Part shown: positions 57,636 to 64,000 of the stretch, piece after piece
Layout: every line of letters starts with the position of its first letter
Position numbering within the stretch: position 1 is the stretch's first letter
Source: an uncultured Clostridia bacterium
Lineage (GTDB): Bacteria; Bacillota; Clostridia; TANB77; CAG-508
Direction: 5' to 3'
Assembly (NCBI GenBank): GCA_934101145.1
Contig: CAKOPZ010000004.1
Coordinates: forward strand, 11,652-75,651
Length of the DNA: 64,000 bases
Made by a program: the position numbers and the translations under genes
Notes under the pieces: model-generated
Databases searched by the model: none
Told to the model about the DNA's origin: nothing
What the model saw: only the letters and a program-made list of their open reading frames with translations

Positions 57636-58816
57636 ACTTAGATGTACTATTAAGTTATATATATGGCTATGTTGATATAGAAGTAGAAGGATATTATATA
57701 GAAAGATTTATAAACATATGTGCAAGTAAAGGAATATATTTATGGAAAATAAATAGGAGTAAGTCAACAATACTGTGTGCTAGAATAAAAAGAGAAGACT
57801 TTAAAAAATTAAGAAGTGTTTGTAAAAAAACACAATGTAGATTAAAAATTAAAAATAAAAAAGGAATATCATTTAAGTTAAATCAATATAGAAAGAGGAA
57901 GGTATTTGTGCTTTTTCTTTTTATTATATTGTTTACAATTATTGCGCTTTCAAATTTTATATGGAATATAGAAATAATTGGAAACAGTAAAATAAATTCT
58001 AAGGATATTTTAAGTATCGTAAAAGAGAGTGGACTTGATATAGGAAAAATGAGACATGCAATAAACACAAAACAGGTAATAAATAATTTAAGACTTAAAA
58101 GGGACGATATTGCTTGGGTGGGAATTGATATAAAAGGAACAAATGCCATCATTAAAATAGAGGAAGCTGACGAAAAGCCAGAAATAATAAATGAAGATGA
58201 ATACTGTAATATTGTTGCAAAAAAATCAGGTATGATATTGAAAGTAAATGCTGTAAATGGAACATCACTTGTAAAGGAAGGTGATATTGTAAAAGAAGGA
58301 GATAACCTTATTGCAGGATGGATGGAAGGTAAGTATACTAGCAAGCGCTATGTTCATGCACAAGGAGAAATAAAAGCAAAAGTTTGGTATACAAGCAAAC
58401 AAAGAATTGATTTAATAGAAAATAATAAAGAAGAAACTGGCCAAGTAGAAAATAAGTATTGTATAAATATAAATAATTTTAAAATAAATTTATATAAAGG
58501 GCTTTCAAAATTCCAAAATTATGATACAATAGAAGAGACAAAAAAATTGAAGTTATTTTCTAATTTTTATATCCCAATAGAAATTAACAAAATAACTAAT
58601 AAAGAGTACAAAAATATTCAAGTTGTTCATGATGTTAATGAAGCAAAAGAAATAGCAAAAAATATGGCAATGAAGGAACTTGATGAAAAAATAGAAGATA
58701 AAAATAGTATTTTAGATAAGCAGATTACAACACATGAGGATAGTTCTTATGTGGAAGTAGAAGTAACATATGAAGTACAAGAAAACATTGGGACAAAAGA
58801 AAAAATAGTCTTTTAG
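57632..58816 (+). CDS. yqfD: Sporulation protein YqfD
   Basis: GYVDIEVEGYYIERFINICASKGIYLW N-terminus, a central TM, and typical length. Confidence 0.8.
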   Translation: MNLDVLLSYIYGYVDIEVEGYYIERFINICASKGIYLWKINRSKSTILCARIKREDFKKLRSVCKKTQCRLKIKNKKGISFKLNQYRKRKVFVLFLFIILFTIIALSNFIWNIEIIGNSKINSKDILSIVKESGLDIGKMRHAINTKQVINNLRLKRDDIAWVGIDIKGTNAIIKIEEADEKPEIINEDEYCNIVAKKSGMILKVNAVNGTSLVKEGDIVKEGDNLIAGWMEGKYTSKRYVHAQGEIKAKVWYTSKQRIDLIENNKEETGQVENKYCININNFKINLYKGLSKFQNYDTIEETKKLKLFSNFYIPIEINKITNKEYKNIQVVHDVNEAKEIAKNMAMKELDEKIEDKNSILDKQITTHEDSSYVEVEVTYEVQENIGTKEKIVF

Positions 58817-58862
58817 AGGATTTGCTAAAGAACAAATGTAAAAGATGGAAGTGGAGGATAAT

Positions 58863-60104
58863 ATGGAAGAAAGAAGTTTAAGGGTTTATAATTCAGAAAA
58901 AACATTTTTTTCAAAAATAACAAATACATTAACAAAATTATTAATACCTACAAAAGTAGGTATTAATGGAATGCTTATATCTATGAAAAGGAATAATGTA
59001 TTAAAAGCATATGAAAATTCTTTAAATATAGATAAAATTGATGATGAAGATAAAAAAGAACAAATAACAAAAAAATTAGATGATACATATGCACTATATT
59101 TAGAATCTATTGATAAATATATTATGGATTCTATATATAAAAAGGTAAAAAATGATACTGCAAATGAATTTGAAAAAGATGCACTATCACAATATTATAT
59201 GATTACACATTTAAAAGAAACAGGATATACAGAATATAAATATAGAAAGCAAATGTATTTACTTAGATTAGACTATGAAACAGTTCAAAATGAAAAAGAA
59301 AAATTAATTGAAAAATACAAAAAGTTTTATGCAATGGAAATGGAAACATTGTATAAAGGACTTTTAAAACATTATTCTATTAGACTTGCAGATAATTTAT
59401 CAGATGGAGAAAAACAAGATATTTATGGAAAGATATTTAAAGCATTAGAAAAATATATATCTGATATATTACCAATAAAATTTGAAGTTGAAGGAAATGA
59501 TACATATAAAGAAATATTAGAAGAATATAATAATTTTGAAAGATTTACAGTAGGAAAACTAGATCAAAATGATTATATAGAAAAAAATATGATATTACTT
59601 GGTCTTAGCAGAAAATTGTTTACACATAGTTTGCCACTTGTTGTAGCTGAGCAATGCTATGAAAAACTTTTAAATGATGCACGTAGTTTAATAGTAGACA
59701 CAAAAATTATAAGAAAACAAGAAAAAGCATATTCATTGTTAATAAACATTATAGAAGAATATAATGTTAGATTGTTAAGTACAAAAATTTATTGGGACAA
59801 ACCTTCTTTAAGAGAAGCATATAAAAGTTTTTGGACAGAATATAAAAAACTTGATAGTTTAAAAGATAATAATTATGATGAATACGTAAAGGAAAAAGAA
59901 ATTTTATTTGTGAGAAATGATCTTCAAAAAGTTTTTGCAAATGAAAATAAATATTACAAAATAATTAAATTTTATAAAAATAAATTGGTTGAACTTGGGG
60001 CTATGAGAGCACTTGCAGATGGATGCTATTCAGAAGGAAGTTATACAAAAGGTGCAAAAAAGGTAGCAAAGAAAAAAGAAAGAAAACCAAGGGTAGCAGT
60101 ATAG
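58863..60104 (+). CDS. Unknown 413-aa Lys/Glu-rich protein
   Basis: GGAGG lies 6 nt upstream of ATG 58863. I recognise no motif. Basic tail KKVAKKKERKPRVAV. Confidence 0.5.
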   Translation: MEERSLRVYNSEKTFFSKITNTLTKLLIPTKVGINGMLISMKRNNVLKAYENSLNIDKIDDEDKKEQITKKLDDTYALYLESIDKYIMDSIYKKVKNDTANEFEKDALSQYYMITHLKETGYTEYKYRKQMYLLRLDYETVQNEKEKLIEKYKKFYAMEMETLYKGLLKHYSIRLADNLSDGEKQDIYGKIFKALEKYISDILPIKFEVEGNDTYKEILEEYNNFERFTVGKLDQNDYIEKNMILLGLSRKLFTHSLPLVVAEQCYEKLLNDARSLIVDTKIIRKQEKAYSLLINIIEEYNVRLLSTKIYWDKPSLREAYKSFWTEYKKLDSLKDNNYDEYVKEKEILFVRNDLQKVFANENKYYKIIKFYKNKLVELGAMRALADGCYSEGSYTKGAKKVAKKKERKPRVAV

Positions 60105-60120
60105 GCAGGAAGGTAATTAG

Positions 60121-61395
60121 ATGAAGGAAAATTGTGAAATTATATATAATGGAATTAATGCAAATGAAAAATATGATGAAACAATAAAAAAAGTAGTAAA
60201 TAAATGCTTTGAAATAGAAGGATTAGAAAACACAAATTTATATATGAGTATTACATTAACATTGCCAGAAGAAATAAAGGAAATAAATAGAAAATACCGC
60301 AATATTGATAAAGCAACAGATGTACTTTCTTTTCCAATGTTTGAAAAAAATGAAATAGAGCAAATAGTAGGCAAGTCTGGCAAGGATGTAGAAGAAGTTG
60401 AGAAAATAGATATTCTTGGAGATATTGTTATATCAATTCCAAGAGTATATGAACAAGCAGAAGAGTATGGACATAGTTTTGAAAGAGAACTTTCATATAT
60501 GGTAGTACATGGATTTTATCATTTGATGGGATATGACCATATGATAGAAGATGAAAAAAAAGTCATGAGACAAAAAGAGGAAGTAGTTTTATCATCATTA
60601 GGAATAAGCAGAGATAAGGAAGAAGAAACATCAAATAAACAGGAAAATGATGAAAAATCCAAAAAAGAAAGATTAGGAAATAGCAATTTTATTGATGCTT
60701 GGAGAAATGCAATTAATGGAATTATATATGCAACAACTACACAATCAAACATAAAAAAACAATTGCTTATTGCTGTGTTTGTTGTAATTATAAGTTTATT
60801 TTTTGAATTAAGCAAAGCTGAATTTTTGATATTTATGTTTACTATAGTTTTAATTTTATTTGCAGAAATGGTCAACACAGCAATAGAAACAGTAGTAGAT
60901 TTATATACAGATTTATATCACCCTAAAGCAAAAATTGCAAAAGATGTTGCAGCAGGTGGAGTTGTTATAACAGCAATTAATGCACTTATAGTAGCATACT
61001 TTTTATTCTTTGATAAAGTAAGTGACATAGGACTCCAATTTATAAGAAATATAATATCATCACCAATACATTTAGCTTTTTCAACTGTAATAATTGTTGT
61101 AATTACAATACTGTCTTTAATAGCAATGGCAACAACAAATAAACATAAATTCTTAAATAAAAAATTTATGCCAAGCGGACATACTGCATTAAGCTTTGCA
61201 GCAAATACTATAATTTGGCTTATGACAGACAATATTGTAGTATTAACTTTATCACTTATAATGGCAATCTTGGTATCAGAAAGTAGAATAGAGGCAAAAA
61301 AACATACGTTATCAGAAGTAGTTTTTAGTGCATCTGTTGGAATTATAGCTGTTCTTGTTATTTATGGAGTGGCAACACTCGCTATAAAACCATAA
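60121..61395 (+). CDS. ybeY: Fusion protein: YbeY endoribonuclease + DgkA-type lipid kinase + PAP2-like phosphatase segment
   Basis: HGFYHLMGYDH (YbeY), EMVNTAIETVVD..AKDVAAGGV (DgkA), and PSGH plus SRIEAKKHTLSE (PAP2 C2/C3-like), all in one 424-aa frame. Confidence 0.75.
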   Translation: MKENCEIIYNGINANEKYDETIKKVVNKCFEIEGLENTNLYMSITLTLPEEIKEINRKYRNIDKATDVLSFPMFEKNEIEQIVGKSGKDVEEVEKIDILGDIVISIPRVYEQAEEYGHSFERELSYMVVHGFYHLMGYDHMIEDEKKVMRQKEEVVLSSLGISRDKEEETSNKQENDEKSKKERLGNSNFIDAWRNAINGIIYATTTQSNIKKQLLIAVFVVIISLFFELSKAEFLIFMFTIVLILFAEMVNTAIETVVDLYTDLYHPKAKIAKDVAAGGVVITAINALIVAYFLFFDKVSDIGLQFIRNIISSPIHLAFSTVIIVVITILSLIAMATTNKHKFLNKKFMPSGHTALSFAANTIIWLMTDNIVVLTLSLIMAILVSESRIEAKKHTLSEVVFSASVGIIAVLVIYGVATLAIKP

Positions 61396-61414
61396 AAATA
61401 AAGGGGGATTTTTT

Positions 61415-62482
61415 ATGAGAGCTGATAAAGCAAAAAAGAAATCAAGTGGAAGTAAAATTTTTGTAATAGTATTAATTTTACTAATACTTGTAGCAGGTGG
61501 ATTACTTGCAATGAAAGTGTTTAAAGAAAAAGGTAATACGCAAGATGTTGGCAGCACTAATTTAATTGAGAATACAGACAGCTCAGTACTTTACGTTGAC
61601 GAAAAAAAGGCAAAAACGTTTGCGGGAAATGTTAGACCAATTGCAGTAATGATTGATAATCATATTGATGCAATGCCACAAGCAGGACTTGAACAAGCAG
61701 ATTTAGTATATGAAATGATTGTAGAAGGTGGAGAAACAAGATTAATGCTTGTTTTAAAAGATAAAGATTTATCAAAAATTGGACCAATAAGAAGTTCAAG
61801 ACATAATTTCCTAGACTATGCACTAGAAAATGATGCTATATATGTACATTATGGATGGAGTCCTAAGGCAAAAGCAGATATTAGTACTTTAAAAGTAAAT
61901 AATATAAATGGAATATTTGAAAGTGGAAGCAAAAATGGATTTTGGAGAGATACTGGTAAATATGCACCACATAATGCTGTAACTAAAACAGAAAACATCT
62001 TAAAGATTGCAAACAGAAAAGGATATAGAACAACTACAACTAAAGATCCAGTTCTTAATTATGTTGTAGATGAAGTAAATTTATCAGATGGTCAAAATGC
62101 AGAAACAGTAACAATTCCATATTCAGATCACAATACAGTAAAATATACATATGATGCTGAAAAACAAGTATATACAAGATATTCAAGAGGAAAAAAACAA
62201 ACAGATTGGGTTACTAAAAATACAGTAACAACAAAAAATATTATTATTTCATTTGCTAAAAATACAGCCATAGATAGCAAAGATAGACAAAATATAGATA
62301 ATGTAAAAACACTTGATGGATATTATATAACAAATGGAAAGGCAATTAAGATTAAATGTGAAAAAACATCAAGAAGTTCACAAACAGTATACAAAGATTT
62401 ACAAGGAAATGAAATAAATGTTAATGACGGAAAAACATTTATTCAAATTTGCCCAATTAATGCGAAAGTTACAATAGAATAG
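61415..62482 (+). CDS. DUF3048 (YerB-like) exported protein
   Basis: N-terminal TM, RPIAVMIDNH..PQAGLEQADLVYEMIVEGGETRLMLV. Confidence 0.7.
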   Translation: MRADKAKKKSSGSKIFVIVLILLILVAGGLLAMKVFKEKGNTQDVGSTNLIENTDSSVLYVDEKKAKTFAGNVRPIAVMIDNHIDAMPQAGLEQADLVYEMIVEGGETRLMLVLKDKDLSKIGPIRSSRHNFLDYALENDAIYVHYGWSPKAKADISTLKVNNINGIFESGSKNGFWRDTGKYAPHNAVTKTENILKIANRKGYRTTTTKDPVLNYVVDEVNLSDGQNAETVTIPYSDHNTVKYTYDAEKQVYTRYSRGKKQTDWVTKNTVTTKNIIISFAKNTAIDSKDRQNIDNVKTLDGYYITNGKAIKIKCEKTSRSSQTVYKDLQGNEINVNDGKTFIQICPINAKVTIE

Positions 62483-62520
62483 TAAGAATAGTAAAGTATA
62501 AAAAGGAGCACACAAAAGAA

Positions 62521-62755
62521 ATGGAAGAGCGTAGAACCGTTGGGGCTGTACACACACACACACACAATACAGTTTAGTAAAGAGATTGAAGAAGAATTAG
62601 TAGGTAAGGTAAAGAAACCAATATATAAAATAAATATAGAAGCAAATAGAGGCGAGAAAGCCTTTATTTGTGATAGAGAAAAAGACAGAAAACAAACAAA
62701 TTGTATTAAGAAAGAAGACTGGAAAGTTTTTGAAGTAATGCAATTGCAAAAGTAG
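62521..62755 (+). CDS. Possible 78-aa ORF containing an (AC)8 tract
   Basis: ATG 62521 lies 12 nt after AAAGGAG. The tract encodes ..VHTHTHTIQ... Coding status is uncertain. Confidence 0.3.
62550..62566. repeat. Dinucleotide repeat (AC)8A flanked by CTGT / ATACAG
   Basis: Read directly: ctgtACACACACACACACACAatacag. Confidence 0.95.
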
Positions 62756-62884
62756 TTTGTTTGCTGTCTTTTTTGCGTGGCTGAGGAAGAAAGTTAGTGT
62801 GCTTTAGATGAGAGAGGTGATAGATAGAAAACAAGATAAAAAACAATGTATAATAAATAAAAAATAGAAAAGGAGATAGAATAA

Positions 62885-64000
62885 ATGGAACATAAGGAAA
62901 AGAAAAGTCAAGCAAACAAAGGAATAACGCTAATAGCGTTAGTTGTAACAAATGTAGTATTAATAATACTAGCAACAGTAAGTATAAATGCAGTGCTTGG
63001 ACAAAATGGAATAATAAAAAAAGCAAAACAGGCAAAAGAGATGTATTCAAATAGTATAGCGAAAGATAATGAAGAAATGGATAGACTATTAAATGAAATG
63101 GCACAGTATGATACTGATAATAGTGGTTCAGGTGGAGGAACGACAAAACCAGAAGAAGGAATAACAGTAACAGTAGATGGTACTGAGGGAATAAAATTAA
63201 CAAAGGCAAATGTAGCAAATTATTTAGGAAAAGTAGTAACAAACTATGTGCCAACAACAAGTAGTGTAACAATAGAAAGTATGGAATATAATGTATCAAC
63301 AAAATATAGGTTATACTATGTAGATTTTGATGGAAAATATGGAGAAAAAAATGGAGTGTATTTAAAGGCAGATTGTACAAGTAACAATTATTTATTGCCA
63401 ATTCCGGATGCAACAGCAAGTACAGCCAATAATGTAAAAATACGAGCACTAAATCCATCATTGTATGCAAGCGGAGTAACATCGCCAGTAGCAGATAATA
63501 CCAATATGCTAGAAGTAACATGGCTAACAAATACAAGTAACTGGGATAGCTTAAAAACAGGCTCAAGCTTAGCAAACAAAGTAAATTATGTAGTAGGAGC
63601 ACCAAGTGTAGAGATGATGATGGATAGTTATAACACAAAATATAACTTAACAGAAAGTACACCAAATACAGGAACATTAACAGCAGATACAGCAAGAGCA
63701 AAACTATTTTATCAATATCCAACAACAGTAGATAGTAATAACTATGGATATGAACTTGGACCATGTCATTATAATGGAACAGAATATGATTATTATACAT
63801 CAAATTATTCAGTAAAAACAGATTCAGCAATAGATAGTATGTATTATCCAGGAGATAACCAATATTACTGGCTGGCGTCTCCTTCGGCTTACGGCGATGA
63901 CATCGTGCTCTTTGTGTTCTGCTACAACGGGGGCTATGTAAGCAGCGACAACCCTGGCAACGCCTACCTCGGTGCGCTTTGTCCGCTAGTTTCTCTTCAA
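62885..64000 (+). CDS. Large exported protein with prepilin-type N-terminus (3' end runs off the window)
   Basis: RBS GGAG. MEHKEKKSQANKG|ITLIALVVTNVVLIILATV leader-helix. The frame stays open for 372 codons to the window end, and it is not in the ORF track. The YYWLASP.. segment near the end is GC-rich. Confidence 0.7.
   Translation, partial: MEHKEKKSQANKGITLIALVVTNVVLIILATVSINAVLGQNGIIKKAKQAKEMYSNSIAKDNEEMDRLLNEMAQYDTDNSGSGGGTTKPEEGITVTVDGTEGIKLTKANVANYLGKVVTNYVPTTSSVTIESMEYNVSTKYRLYYVDFDGKYGEKNGVYLKADCTSNNYLLPIPDATASTANNVKIRALNPSLYASGVTSPVADNTNMLEVTWLTNTSNWDSLKTGSSLANKVNYVVGAPSVEMMMDSYNTKYNLTESTPNTGTLTADTARAKLFYQYPTTVDSNNYGYELGPCHYNGTEYDYYTSNYSVKTDSAIDSMYYPGDNQYYWLASPSAYGDDIVLFVFCYNGGYVSSDNPGNAYLGALCPLVSLQ

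Noticed and set aside
62706-63830. 374-aa minus-strand ORF (Leu/Tyr/His-rich)
   Set aside because: It is a low-complexity antisense shadow of the plus-strand gene starting at 62885. That gene has an RBS, a prepilin-type leader and a sensible composition. The minus ORF has none of these.
1-64000. CRISPR arrays, rRNA genes and complete tRNA genes
   Set aside because: No regularly spaced direct repeats, no rRNA-like sequence and no complete cloverleaf were seen. The only tRNA-like sequence is the 3' fragment at 26214-26246.

Overview
This is an AT-rich chromosome segment (about 28-30% GC by eye) from a spore-forming Clostridia-type Firmicute. The backbone is mostly housekeeping and sporulation genes. 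It holds a type IV pilus cluster (pilD, two pilin-like genes, pilB, pilT, pilC), rnj, gltX, bofA with a yaaL-like gene, serS, engB, a P-type ATPase, spo0A, sufCBDSU, glmS with its ribozyme, uvrC, a convergent agr-type quorum-sensing locus, yqfC-yqfD and a ybeY fusion gene. Five things stand out. (1) Three paralogous ~350-bp cassettes each carry two converging near-consensus promoters, a 33-36 aa hydrophobic peptide ORF that the ORF track misses, a covarying hairpin, and 5'/3' ends that are complementary. This looks like an unannotated type I toxin-antitoxin-like family. (2) A PdaA-type spore-cortex deacetylase gene is split by a ~10.9-kb element ending in two tandem large serine recombinases. 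A 50-bp attP can be reconstructed, which resembles skin-like intervening elements. (3) The last 62 codons of spo0A plus its terminator are duplicated, and the two copies differ only at synonymous sites. (4) An 89-bp direct repeat brackets a sigma/anti-sigma/Spo0A-C-like islet. (5) There are several abrupt GC-rich patches and two N-terminal +1 frameshifts that share one sequence context. All calls come from reading the sequence and recalling protein families; no searches were run.
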